64,000 nucleotides of DNA from Candidatus Cloacimonadales bacterium (GTDB taxonomy: Bacteria; Cloacimonadota; Cloacimonadia; Cloacimonadales; JAIOQZ01). The DNA lies in the NCBI GenBank assembly GCA_963665815.1, contig OY762463.1, forward strand, positions 1,600,001-1,664,000, read 5' to 3'. The notes below the pieces were generated by a model, which made no database searches, was not told where the DNA came from, and worked only from the letters and a program-made list of their open reading frames with translations. Shown piece by piece: positions 10,275 to 20,394 of this stretch. Positions within the stretch are counted from its first letter, which is position 1; each line of letters starts with the position of its first letter. The position numbers were made by a program, and so were the translations under genes.

Positions 10275-11534
10275 ATGAACATTCCAGACGATGTCTATAA
10301 AATGAATATGTCTGAACTTGGAGAACTGGCGGAAGAGCTGGAAATCCAAGGCTATAAATCTCTTAAGAAAAATGAACTGATCTACAAAGTTCTGGAAGCA
10401 CTTGCAACTCAAGAAGGACTTGCCTTTGCAACAGGCTGTCTTGAAATTATGGATGACGGATATGGTTTCCTCAGATTCATGCAGAATAACTATATCCCCG
10501 GAAGAGACGATGTTTACGTTTCCCTAACTCAGATTAGAAGATTCAATCTGAAAAAAGGTCATATGATTTCCGGTCCTGTCAGATCACCAAAAGAAGGTGA
10601 AAAATATTATGCCCTGCTCAGAGTAGATATGATCAACTTTGACAAACCGGATGCAATCCTGGATGCTCATGTTTATGATAAACTTACTCCTTACTATCCT
10701 GAAGAGAAATTCGATCTCGAAACAGATCCAAAGAATTATTCTACCAGAATAGTAAATATGTTTACTCCTATCGGAAAAGGTCAGCGTGGTGTAATCGTTG
10801 CTGCACCAAGAACCGGTAAAACTGTTCTTATGCAGAATATTGCAAACGCAATCCTCTCTAATCATCCTGATGTTTACCTTATTGTACTTCTGGTGGACGA
10901 GCGCCCTGAGGAAGTAACAGAAATGAAAAATACCCTGATCAAGAAAAACTCAGAAGTGGTAAGTTCTACATTTGATGAAACTGCAAGAAACCACATTCAG
11001 GTTGCCGAAATGGTTATGGCTAAATCGAAACGTATCGTTGAATCAGGGAGAGATGTTGTAATAATGCTCGATAGTATTACACGTCTTGCCAGAGCTTACA
11101 ATAATGTTCAGCCATCAAGCGGTAAAGTTCTTTCCGGTGGTATTGATGCCAATGCACTTCACAGACCGAAAAAATTCTTTGGTGCAGCCAGAAATACTCT
11201 TGAATCAGGATCACTCACAATACTGGCTACAGCGCTTGTAGATACAGGCTCAAGAATGGATCAAGTTATCTTTGAAGAATTCAAAGGTACCGGTAATATG
11301 GAAATCGTTCTCGACAGACAAATCTCTGATATGAGACTTTATCCTGCAATTGATCTTGTTCGTTCCGGAACCAGACGTGAAGAACTGCTTCTTTCTAAAG
11401 AAGAAATCAACAGAATGTATGTAATGAGAAAATACCTTAAAACCATGAGCCCTGTTCAAGGTATTGAAACTCTCAGAACTCAATTGAGAAAAACTAAAAA
11501 AAATAAAGAATTTCTTGAATCAATGAGTCGCTAA
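10275..11534 (+). CDS. rho: Transcription termination factor Rho
   Basis: GYGFLR, PIGKGQR, DERPEEVT, DSITRLARAYN, EFKGTGNME. Confidence 0.98.
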   Translation: MNIPDDVYKMNMSELGELAEELEIQGYKSLKKNELIYKVLEALATQEGLAFATGCLEIMDDGYGFLRFMQNNYIPGRDDVYVSLTQIRRFNLKKGHMISGPVRSPKEGEKYYALLRVDMINFDKPDAILDAHVYDKLTPYYPEEKFDLETDPKNYSTRIVNMFTPIGKGQRGVIVAAPRTGKTVLMQNIANAILSNHPDVYLIVLLVDERPEEVTEMKNTLIKKNSEVVSSTFDETARNHIQVAEMVMAKSKRIVESGRDVVIMLDSITRLARAYNNVQPSSGKVLSGGIDANALHRPKKFFGAARNTLESGSLTILATALVDTGSRMDQVIFEEFKGTGNMEIVLDRQISDMRLYPAIDLVRSGTRREELLLSKEEINRMYVMRKYLKTMSPVQGIETLRTQLRKTKKNKEFLESMSR

Positions 11535-11540
11535 GGCTCA

Positions 11541-12776
11541 TTGATTTCTTCTCTTACTATGGAAGTACTTTCACCTGCCGGTTCATTCCTTAAGCTGAAA
11601 TATGCCGTATTATATGGTGCTGACGCAATATACGCAGCCGGAAGAAAATTCGGACTCAGAGCAAAATCTGCAAATCTGAATGATATTGAACTTGAGGAAG
11701 CTGTAAAATTCTGCCATTCACACAATGTTAAAATTTACATTACCGTAAACATTTACGCACATAATCACCAGATTGAAGAACTTCCCGAATATCTGCAATT
11801 CTTGAAATCAATCAATGTTGATGCTGTCATTGTGTCAGATCCGGGTGTATTCAGCCTTGCTCAGGAAGCAGGACTTAACATCCACATAAGTACCCAGGCA
11901 AATATCACTTCATGGAAATCTGCTGAATTCTGGTGGAAACTTGGTGCTTCGAGAGTAATACTGGCACGAGAACTCAGTCTTGAAGAAATCAAAGAGATTC
12001 ACAGAAGACTTCCGGAGCTGGAACTTGAGATATTTGTTCATGGAGCAATGTGTATGTCATACTCAGGTCGGTGCCTGATAAGTGCCTATCTTAATAACCG
12101 TTCTGCCAATCAAGGACAATGTACTCATCCCTGCAGATGGGATTTCAGCCTGAAAGAAACCAGTCGTCCAGGAGAAGAATTCCCAATTCAGGAAGATGAA
12201 TACGGTACGTACATAATGAATTCCAAAGATCTCTGTCTCTTTGATTATCTAAAAGAAATTAAACAGGCTGGTATATGCAGTGTGAAAATCGAAGGCAGAA
12301 TGAAAAGTATTCTCTATACTGCAAATGTTACTCGTGTATACAAAACAGCAGTAACCAATCTGGATACCTCTGACGAAGAATTAACCGGACTGTTGAGAGC
12401 TGAGCTTGATAAACTGTCTCATCGTCAATACTCAACTGGTTTCTTCATTAGCAACAGTGAAAACCTGCAAAATTATACGACTTCACAATACATTCAGACA
12501 TATCAGTTCATTGGCGATGTTTTCAAGACAGACGATTCATTCATCTACTATAATTCAAAGCATAAAATATTAAAAGACAGCACAATCCAGATAATATCTC
12601 CAGACATAAAAAATGACAATGATATTGTTGTTTCAGAAATGTTTAGTGAAGATGATGAAGCATTGGAATTCACAAAACCAAACACAATTGTTAAAATCCC
12701 TATTGCTCTTACAGGAATAAAAAAACCTGATAACTTCCTGTCAGGAATTATCAGGCAGAAAAAAATAAAGTCTTAG
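11541..12776 (+). CDS. U32 family peptidase (TrhP/YegQ-like tRNA hydroxylation protein)
   Basis: EVLSPAG, HGAMCMSYSGRC, CTHPCR, KIEGRMK. Start may be ATG 11559. Confidence 0.88.
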   Translation: MISSLTMEVLSPAGSFLKLKYAVLYGADAIYAAGRKFGLRAKSANLNDIELEEAVKFCHSHNVKIYITVNIYAHNHQIEELPEYLQFLKSINVDAVIVSDPGVFSLAQEAGLNIHISTQANITSWKSAEFWWKLGASRVILARELSLEEIKEIHRRLPELELEIFVHGAMCMSYSGRCLISAYLNNRSANQGQCTHPCRWDFSLKETSRPGEEFPIQEDEYGTYIMNSKDLCLFDYLKEIKQAGICSVKIEGRMKSILYTANVTRVYKTAVTNLDTSDEELTGLLRAELDKLSHRQYSTGFFISNSENLQNYTTSQYIQTYQFIGDVFKTDDSFIYYNSKHKILKDSTIQIISPDIKNDNDIVVSEMFSEDDEALEFTKPNTIVKIPIALTGIKKPDNFLSGIIRQKKIKS

Positions 12777-12777
12777 T

Positions 12778-13632
12778 CTATTCTATATAAGCCAGAGTCG
12801 CCAGATAATTTTCCTGAATTTCTTTCACAAGTTCAGTTAAATCCTTAACTTCTATTCCCAATAAAGTCCAAATCCATCTTGGAATAGGTTCTACAAAAAT
12901 ATTCTCACTTGCTCCAAGCTCCATAGCTTTTGCAAAATTGTTTGCGATCATTATAATAGCACAAAACTGTTTATCACCCTGATTAGTATCAAGATAATGA
13001 TGATGTTTTATTGCATTACAGATATGAGAAGGGAACAACCATTCTTTGGTAAAAAAAGCTCCTACCTCTGTGTGTTTAAGTCCCAGTACTTTTCTTTCGG
13101 CAATCAGCAACCTTTTATTCGGATCGTTATCAACAATGTTTGTGATCGTACTTGCAAGATGAGGAAAATATTGATGAATCAGAAAAGAACCGAGATCATG
13201 AAGCAGACCGGCAATAAATGCGTCATGACATAAATCCTTATTCCATTTTCGACAGATAACTTGTGCTGCAACAGCTGTTCCCAGGCTATGCTTCCATAGC
13301 TGATCAATATAATCATCGTTCTTCTTTATAAAAGCACTCTTGAACACTGAGGCAGTAAAAACTTCTTTAAGAGACTTCAATCCAATAACGGAAACAGAGT
13401 GTTTAACAGTAGAAACTTTTTTAGTAAAACCAAAATAACTGGAATTTGCAAGCTTCAGCAAAGATGCAGTTAAGAGAGGATCCCTTTCGACAATTGCAAC
13501 TATATCATTAACATTCACATCTTCCTGTTCAATAGCTGCACTGAATTCAGTCATAGCAGAAGTGAAAGCAAGAACAATATCATCTTTGGCAGCAAGTTCT
13601 CTGAACTGCTTTAATATTTCTATTTTATCCAT
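12778..13632 (-). CDS. HDOD domain protein
   Basis: DPLLTASLLKLANS, WKHS, GLLHDLG, HTEVG, HH. Confidence 0.9.
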   Translation of the reverse strand: MDKIEILKQFRELAAKDDIVLAFTSAMTEFSAAIEQEDVNVNDIVAIVERDPLLTASLLKLANSSYFGFTKKVSTVKHSVSVIGLKSLKEVFTASVFKSAFIKKNDDYIDQLWKHSLGTAVAAQVICRKWNKDLCHDAFIAGLLHDLGSFLIHQYFPHLASTITNIVDNDPNKRLLIAERKVLGLKHTEVGAFFTKEWLFPSHICNAIKHHHYLDTNQGDKQFCAIIMIANNFAKAMELGASENIFVEPIPRWIWTLLGIEVKDLTELVKEIQENYLATLAYIE

Positions 13633-13960
13633 TATTCCACCTGTTCCATACTTCATTCAGAATTACTGCTTCCAATAGTTGCTTCATGTATTTATCAGTC
13701 ATGCAATATTTGAATAAGTAATTTTTCAAGGGACGTATTTCAGTTTTCAGTTTTTCTTTTTCAATAACTGAAACTTCTTGTCTATCCTTGTCCCTTTCTT
13801 CTTCAATACAGACTGTCTGAATATTGTGCCTTTTAATGGAATTGATGTAAAATTCATCAAGTGTTAAACCTTTACGGAGAATAATCTGACCATTATCTTT
13901 CAATACATTTCGAGCTAGAACCATGCCCGGAATAATTTTTTTCATTGATAGATATTTCAT
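13625..13960 (-). CDS. Small protein resembling the N-terminal domain of HD-GYP proteins
   Basis: 'PGMVLARNVLKDNGQIILRKGLTL' pattern; overlaps the HDOD gene start. Confidence 0.65.
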   Translation of the reverse strand: MKYLSMKKIIPGMVLARNVLKDNGQIILRKGLTLDEFYINSIKRHNIQTVCIEEERDKDRQEVSVIEKEKLKTEIRPLKNYLFKYCMTDKYMKQLLEAVILNEVWNRWNNG

Positions 13961-14050
13961 ATACTGATTTTCCTTATTAATTCATTGTTTAAATTAATTT
14001 TAAATTAGACAAACTCCTACTATTTAACTTCAATAACATCTTACTTAATA

Positions 14051-14079
14051 TTGACAAATTCTATGATGATTCCTATTGT
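14051..14079 (+). promoter_or_regulatory. Putative sigma70 promoter
   Basis: TTGACA-N17-TATTGT upstream of 14118. Confidence 0.5.
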
Positions 14080-14117
14080 GACAAGAAAAATATATGTAAA
14101 TTTATGGTTTATAGATA

Positions 14118-15173
14118 ATGAGAAGATCAGTTCAATATATTCAAATAATCTTTGTTTCACTAATATTAGTGTATACGGTTTCAATTGCTGCCGTAAATGC
14201 AGATAGTTATAACAAAATGTTAAACTGCAATCAACTTGATGAATTGAAATCAGCTTTGAAAAGCAGCAATAGTACTGATCACTCCCTTTTTTATAATGAA
14301 AAACTGAACATTCAAGTTGCAGATACAGGTAATTTCTCTAAGATCAAGCAAAATTCCAGTGATACTGAACTTCAGGAGAAAGCACTTATTGAAATAGTGA
14401 ACCTGAAGTTCCTGCAAAGAGAATACTCACATATCATCAATCTTCTTAGTGAAACAAGCTGTACAAACATTGATCTTCTATACTGGAAGTCTCTTTCATG
14501 TTATAAAACAGGCAAGTATTCTATGGCGATATCCGAAGCTGAGAAAATTATTAAATGTGACAATGATAATGGATTAGCAGAACTTTCATATATACTGATA
14601 GCAAATTCTTATATAAAATTGGGGAAATACGAAAATGCCATGTCTAAACTGGAAGAGCTGAAAAACTCACAATACATCAGCCATATTCCTGTAGTGCACT
14701 TAAAAACTGCATACTGTTGCATTAAACTTGGCAAGTACAATCTTGCTGCCGGATACTTGAAAAAAATCATCAAAGATTATCCATTTTCTCAGTACAGTAT
14801 AGAAGCAGAAGAAATGTATACAGGGATTATAGGTAAATACGACACAGCCGTTGCAATAAAAGATCCGATTCTGAACAATACTTCTCATCAGGAAGTTAAA
14901 AAAATAAATACTGCGGTTGCAGAAGCGGTTGCAGAAACAGCTTCAGAGAATTGTGTGTATCTGCAAACCGGTGCTTTCAGCGCGAGAAAAAACGCTGAAC
15001 GTCAGCTGCAGTCTCTTAAGGATATGGGCTACCCTGGACTTCTTGCAACTAAAGAAAGAACTTCCGGTCCTTTATATCTGGTCAGAGTTGGGCCTTTCCC
15101 GGATAAATCTCATGCAGAAACAATTAAAAAGGAATTGGATTTAAAATCTATTAAATCCTTTTATGTAAATTAA
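14118..15173 (+). CDS. TPR plus SPOR domain protein
   Basis: Signal peptide, TPR-like repeats, C-terminal 'LQTGAFS...NA...YLVRVGPF' SPOR motif. Confidence 0.85.
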   Translation: MRRSVQYIQIIFVSLILVYTVSIAAVNADSYNKMLNCNQLDELKSALKSSNSTDHSLFYNEKLNIQVADTGNFSKIKQNSSDTELQEKALIEIVNLKFLQREYSHIINLLSETSCTNIDLLYWKSLSCYKTGKYSMAISEAEKIIKCDNDNGLAELSYILIANSYIKLGKYENAMSKLEELKNSQYISHIPVVHLKTAYCCIKLGKYNLAAGYLKKIIKDYPFSQYSIEAEEMYTGIIGKYDTAVAIKDPILNNTSHQEVKKINTAVAEAVAETASENCVYLQTGAFSARKNAERQLQSLKDMGYPGLLATKERTSGPLYLVRVGPFPDKSHAETIKKELDLKSIKSFYVN

Positions 15174-15234
15174 TGATAATAAATAAGAGCAAAGCTGAAT
15201 AAAAGCCTTGAGCTTGAACTCAAATGGTAAAATA

Positions 15235-17859
15235 ATGACGAAAGATAGAACAAAACTTACTCCTATGCTTCAGCAATATATGGAGTTTAAAGATCAACAT
15301 CCCGATAAAGTACTCCTTTTTCGCATGGGAGACTTCTATGAAACATTTTTCGATGATGCAGTTACTGCTTCCAAAATTCTGGGAATAACCCTCACATCAA
15401 GAGACAGAAAAAAAGAAAACGCTATACCGCTGGCAGGCTTCCCTCATCATTCTCTGAAAAACTATCTGCATAAGCTTGTTAAAGCCGGACAAAAAGTTGT
15501 GATCTGTGAACAGGTTGAAGACCCTAAGCAGGCAAAAGGTATTGTAAAAAGAGATATTGTTGATATAGTAACTCCAGGTGCAATAATTGATGACCAGTTT
15601 CTGGAAAACTCAAATGATAACTTCCTGATTGCTCTATATAGGAACAACAAAGGACTTACCGGATTCGCCGGAGTAGATATTTCTACAGGTAAGTTCATGT
15701 TTACCGAGCTTAATCAAGGTCAGGTAAAAGACGAAATACTGCGTATAAAACCTGTAGAAATAATTATACTTGTTCATGAGTTTGCCGAAGAAATAAAATC
15801 ATTCAGTCCGGAAATAGGTGAAATCCCTGTCACTGTTATTGACAACTTGTACTTCGACATCAATGACAGTGAAAACAGACTCAAAGACTTCTTCGGGGTT
15901 GAAAATCTGGAAGCATTCAGACTTAATGAGCATAAAACAGGTGCTATTGCCTGTGCAATGTGTCTGGAGTATCTTAAATCGCTCAAAAAAAATGAGATAA
16001 AACATATAAACTCATTAAACTATTACTCGCTTGATGACTTTCTCATTGTTGATGAAATCTCAAGAAGAAATCTGGAGTTAGTGAAATCCATAAGAACTAA
16101 CTCAAGAGAAGGGACTCTGCTTTCAATCTTAGATAAAACCCGTACACCAATGGGGTCACGTCTTCTTGTAGAAAGAATTAAGTATCCTCATCTTGATATC
16201 AATGTAATACAGCACAGATTAAATGCCGTAGCCGAATGCAGAGAAAAAATACATATTACTGAAGACATAAGACTTATTCTGGATAAAATAGGAGATCTCA
16301 GTCGAATTATCAGTAAAATAGGTACTCTCAAGGCTAATCCAAGAGATTTGCTTGCGCTCAGTACTTACCTCTCAACCTCACCTGAACTGAAACTAATCCT
16401 TGAAGATTTTGAAAATCCATTATTCAGGTATCTTGCCGATAATCTGGAAAACTACTCAGAAATTACTAATCTGATTGAAACATCAATTCAGGAAAATCCA
16501 CCTCTGACAATTACAGACGGAAGCATTATATCTGATGGTTATAATGAAGAGCTTGATGAACTCAGAAGCATAAGCAGACAAGGAAAAGGATGGATTGCAG
16601 GACTACAGCAGAAGGAAAAAGAGAAAACCGGTATTCCTTCACTGAAAATTGGCTACAACAAAGTCTTCGGTTACTATCTTGAAGTTACTAAAACCCATAA
16701 AGATAAGATTCCCGAGCACTACATTCGAAAGCAGACATTAGTCAACTCCGAGAGATATGTATCTCCTGAACTGAAAGAATACGAATCAAAAGTTCTTGGA
16801 GCTGAAGAACGAATAAAAAACATTGAATATGAATTATTTACTGAACTCCGAAAGAAAATATATAATAAGCTGGAATGGATTCAGAAATATGTACAGATAA
16901 TTGCAGAAACGGACTTTATAACAAATCTGGGATACATAGCATATCACTATAATTATTGTCGCCCGGAATTCAGTTCTGATGGTATTCTGGAGTTGAAAGA
17001 CTGTCGTCACCCGGTTATTGAGACGTTACTGAAGGAAGAAGACTTTATTCCTAATGATGCTGAACTGGATAACACAAAATCTCTTATTGCTCTTATTACC
17101 GGACCTAATATGGCTGGTAAATCCACATATCTACGACAAGTTGGTTTAATAGCGATAATGGCACAGATGGGCTCATTTGTTCCTGCATCATCTGCAGTGT
17201 TGCCGATTTTTGACCAAGTATTCACACGTGTGGGTGCATCAGACAATCTGGCTCAAGGACAATCTACTTTCCTGGTTGAAATGTTAGAAACCGCCAATAT
17301 TCTGCATAATGCAACTCCAAAATCACTTGTTCTTCTCGACGAAGTAGGGCGTGGAACTTCAACTTTCGACGGACTCAGTCTTGCCTGGTCTATTGTAGAA
17401 CATATAGCTTCCAAGAATAAATCTAAGACATTGTTTGCCACTCATTATCACGAGCTGACCGAACTTGAGAATGTACTGTCATGTGTAAGAAACTATAATG
17501 TCTCCGTGAAAGAATGGAACGATAAAATGATCTTCATGCGGAAAATAGAGAAAGGTGGAGCTGATCAATCATACGGAATTCAGGTCGCACGTCTTGCAGG
17601 TGTACCTCTTAAAGTAATAAACAGAGCTAAACAGATTCTGCGTAATCTTGAGGAACATGAACTCAGTCCTCAGGGACTCACTGCTCAGCTCAAAAAGCAG
17701 CTTTCCGGAAAATCACCTCAAAGAGATATTTTTGAGGTTTTCATAGAAAAATCAGAAGAAAAAAATGAAGTTCTGGATGAACTTGCAGAGATAGATGTAA
17801 ACGCAATTACTCCAATGGAAGCATTGCAGAAACTGGTCGAGTTACAGAAAAAACTATAG
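15235..17859 (+). CDS. mutS: DNA mismatch repair protein MutS
   Basis: TPMLQQY, FRMGDFYE, TGPNMAGKSTYLRQ, DEVGRGTST, ATHYHEL. Confidence 0.98.
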   Translation: MTKDRTKLTPMLQQYMEFKDQHPDKVLLFRMGDFYETFFDDAVTASKILGITLTSRDRKKENAIPLAGFPHHSLKNYLHKLVKAGQKVVICEQVEDPKQAKGIVKRDIVDIVTPGAIIDDQFLENSNDNFLIALYRNNKGLTGFAGVDISTGKFMFTELNQGQVKDEILRIKPVEIIILVHEFAEEIKSFSPEIGEIPVTVIDNLYFDINDSENRLKDFFGVENLEAFRLNEHKTGAIACAMCLEYLKSLKKNEIKHINSLNYYSLDDFLIVDEISRRNLELVKSIRTNSREGTLLSILDKTRTPMGSRLLVERIKYPHLDINVIQHRLNAVAECREKIHITEDIRLILDKIGDLSRIISKIGTLKANPRDLLALSTYLSTSPELKLILEDFENPLFRYLADNLENYSEITNLIETSIQENPPLTITDGSIISDGYNEELDELRSISRQGKGWIAGLQQKEKEKTGIPSLKIGYNKVFGYYLEVTKTHKDKIPEHYIRKQTLVNSERYVSPELKEYESKVLGAEERIKNIEYELFTELRKKIYNKLEWIQKYVQIIAETDFITNLGYIAYHYNYCRPEFSSDGILELKDCRHPVIETLLKEEDFIPNDAELDNTKSLIALITGPNMAGKSTYLRQVGLIAIMAQMGSFVPASSAVLPIFDQVFTRVGASDNLAQGQSTFLVEMLETANILHNATPKSLVLLDEVGRGTSTFDGLSLAWSIVEHIASKNKSKTLFATHYHELTELENVLSCVRNYNVSVKEWNDKMIFMRKIEKGGADQSYGIQVARLAGVPLKVINRAKQILRNLEEHELSPQGLTAQLKKQLSGKSPQRDIFEVFIEKSEEKNEVLDELAEIDVNAITPMEALQKLVELQKKL

Positions 17860-17867
17860 GATTTACA

Positions 17868-18743
17868 ATGGCGAAATATTTTATAACAGGAAAAGGCGGA
17901 TTAGTAGGTTCAGCATTCGCACATCATCCTGATTTCAGAGATAATACTGCTTATGGCAAAAAGAGCTGCGACATTACAGATTATAAACAAGTTCTTGAGC
18001 TTATAGAAAAAGATAAGCCCGAAATACTTATAAATTGTGCAGCCTATACCAGCGTTCCCATGGCTCAGATTGACCCGACTACTGCATTAAGAATAAACGC
18101 AGAAGGCAGTAAAATCCTGGCTGATATCTGTGCAAAGAAAAGAATCAAATTCATACATTTCAGTACTGACTTTATTTTTGGGGAAACAGATCATCTTCAT
18201 AAAGAACATGATACACCAGCCCCCATGAATAAATATGGAATGAGCAAACTGGAGGGAGAAACTCTTATCAGGCAAGTATGTCAGGATGCTCTGATAATAC
18301 GCATAAGTTGGGTTTTCGGTAAGAACGGACGCAACTTCATGTCAGCTATAGGAGACAAAATAATCTCAGAAAAAGAACTCTCTATTGTTAATGATCAGAC
18401 TAACAGAGCTACTTATGTGGAAGACCTTATTCATGCAGTAAGTATTCTATTGATGAAAAATGCATCAGGAGTTTACCATTTTGCCAACAAGGGTACAATT
18501 TCAAGATATGATTATGCTGTAAAAATTGCAGAACTGTTAAGTGTTTATTATGATGTTGCCAGAATAAAGCCCGTTTCATTTACTTCATTTAAAGATGATA
18601 CTCCAAGACCTACTCATTCTTCAATGGATACTGAAAAATTTGAGAACATCTCGCACTGGGAAATTCCGGAATGGGATAATGCATTATCAAGATTTGCCAG
18701 AGAAAAATATCTTCAAGAGTATATTAATTCCTTGTTAGATTAA
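17868..18743 (+). CDS. rfbD: dTDP-4-dehydrorhamnose reductase
   Basis: GxxGxxG, NCAAYT, STDFIF, YGMSK, RP..S. Confidence 0.88.
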   Translation: MAKYFITGKGGLVGSAFAHHPDFRDNTAYGKKSCDITDYKQVLELIEKDKPEILINCAAYTSVPMAQIDPTTALRINAEGSKILADICAKKRIKFIHFSTDFIFGETDHLHKEHDTPAPMNKYGMSKLEGETLIRQVCQDALIIRISWVFGKNGRNFMSAIGDKIISEKELSIVNDQTNRATYVEDLIHAVSILLMKNASGVYHFANKGTISRYDYAVKIAELLSVYYDVARIKPVSFTSFKDDTPRPTHSSMDTEKFENISHWEIPEWDNALSRFAREKYLQEYINSLLD

Positions 18744-19590
18744 CCCAATACTCTGCATAAGCAGTAAATTCGGATTCATATCCCGGAAATCTCTTGATAA
18801 AAGATGAAATTGTTCTAAGGACAAAACTGTATTTTTCTATGTCTTTCATTTTTTTATAACCCGGAATGAATTCATCAGGCAGTTTACTTTTGAAAAACCA
18901 GTCTGCAAGATAAGCAATTGCTTTGACAGCATGAGTTTTATCCTTGTTTGTCTGTTCATCGTGTTGACGATTTATGTAACCGTTTTCATCAACGGATTTG
19001 AATTTTATCCTGCTGCAATTCTGAATAATATAAACAGCATCACCATAGTTTTTAAGGTCATCTTTAAACAAACCTGTTTTAAGGAATAGATCTGTCTTTA
19101 TAACTGATGCCGGATGAGGAACTCCAGCAATAGCATACTGAAAAAATAACTTGATTATCTCAGATGGTCCGGCATTATCCAGATATCTCCATACACGACC
19201 GGTATCCTTAAGATTTGAATATGCAATTGTTAGTCTCAGAGGATAATAATAATCATACCCGGAGTTAGAAGCTACGTGCTTCATCATTCGAGAAACATAA
19301 TTCGAGAGAATGACATCATCTGAATCAACAAACATCAGAAAATCAGTATCAACACTTCTTACAGCTTCATTTTTTGCCGGCCAGCAACCTTGATGTGATA
19401 AGGATTTAACTATTATTCGAGGATCATCAAATCCATTGATAACCTGTAGGGAGTTGTCTGTAGAACCATCATCGACAATTAATAAAACGAAGTTTTCATA
19501 TGTTTGGAACAGAATTGATTTAACACAATCCTCAATGTATTTTTCTCGGTTGTAAACAGGGACTATTATTGTAAGTAAGGGTTTATTCAT
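18724..19590 (-). CDS. Glycosyltransferase family 2
   Basis: IIVPVYN, VDDGSTD, FVDSDD. Confidence 0.9.
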   Translation of the reverse strand: MNKPLLTIIVPVYNREKYIEDCVKSILFQTYENFVLLIVDDGSTDNSLQVINGFDDPRIIVKSLSHQGCWPAKNEAVRSVDTDFLMFVDSDDVILSNYVSRMMKHVASNSGYDYYYPLRLTIAYSNLKDTGRVWRYLDNAGPSEIIKLFFQYAIAGVPHPASVIKTDLFLKTGLFKDDLKNYGDAVYIIQNCSRIKFKSVDENGYINRQHDEQTNKDKTHAVKAIAYLADWFFKSKLPDEFIPGYKKMKDIEKYSFVLRTISSFIKRFPGYESEFTAYAEYWVNLTRN

Positions 19591-19603
19591 TTATGGTAAA
19601 ATC

Positions 19604-20188
19604 TCAGAACTTCTCTTTCAATGCCATATTTTCGTATTTATCCAGAGCTTCTTTGAAGCATGACTTACATTTCATAAAATACTTGAAATGTCTATCAACG
19701 GCTTTAATCCACTGGTAGTATAATGTAATCAGGTTATCCTCATTCTCCCCCATCTGATTCAGCATTCCTTCAATTGTATCAGATTCCTGCTGGCATAGGC
19801 AATCAGGTGATTGCAGTACAATCATTTCTTCCTTATCTGTAAACCAGAAAGGATAGATTCTGCAATAGAATGGGCGAATATCAACCGGAAGTTTACATCC
19901 TTCATCCCCAAGAAAAACACATTTACCATCTTCTATACGAAGCCTGATCCTGAAATTATTAACAAATAACTGCTTGAAGGAAGAGTTGATATCTCTGCAC
20001 ATGAACACAAAATCATTATGTACTCTGTCTACCACAAATGATTCTCCGGGAAGAAGATTACAGTGCATGATAATTCGTTTAACTTCCGTCAGGGTTAATC
20101 CAAACATGTATGGTTCAAGATCTGGTTTCATCAGGCAACAACCTGTCATATTCTCATGACAAATCCGGCAAACAGATTTTTCCGACAT
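19604..20188 (-). CDS. YkgJ/CxxCxxCC family cysteine-cluster protein
   Basis: CRIC...GCC, CVFL..GC....RP.YCR.YPF. Confidence 0.85.
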   Translation of the reverse strand: MSEKSVCRICHENMTGCCLMKPDLEPYMFGLTLTEVKRIIMHCNLLPGESFVVDRVHNDFVFMCRDINSSFKQLFVNNFRIRLRIEDGKCVFLGDEGCKLPVDIRPFYCRIYPFWFTDKEEMIVLQSPDCLCQQESDTIEGMLNQMGENEDNLITLYYQWIKAVDRHFKYFMKCKSCFKEALDKYENMALKEKF

Positions 20189-20337
20189 TAATAGCTCCTT
20201 TCTAAAATTTACTGTGTCATGATATCATAGTTTCACTTTTACTGCAAGATGTTTATGGATAAATCTTTGAGAGTTTTGAATAATGCAACAAAAAAAAACT
20301 TCTCACCATGCAAAGAAAAAGGATTAATCTATGATGC

Positions 20338-20364
20338 AAAAAAAGGTCACAAAGAATGTGACCT
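20338..20364 (-). terminator. Intrinsic terminator
   Basis: aggtcaca-aagaa-tgtgacct with A-run on the left (U-tail on minus strand). Confidence 0.7.
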
Positions 20365-20394
20365 GTAATAGTTAATTATTGATATATTTAAGTT

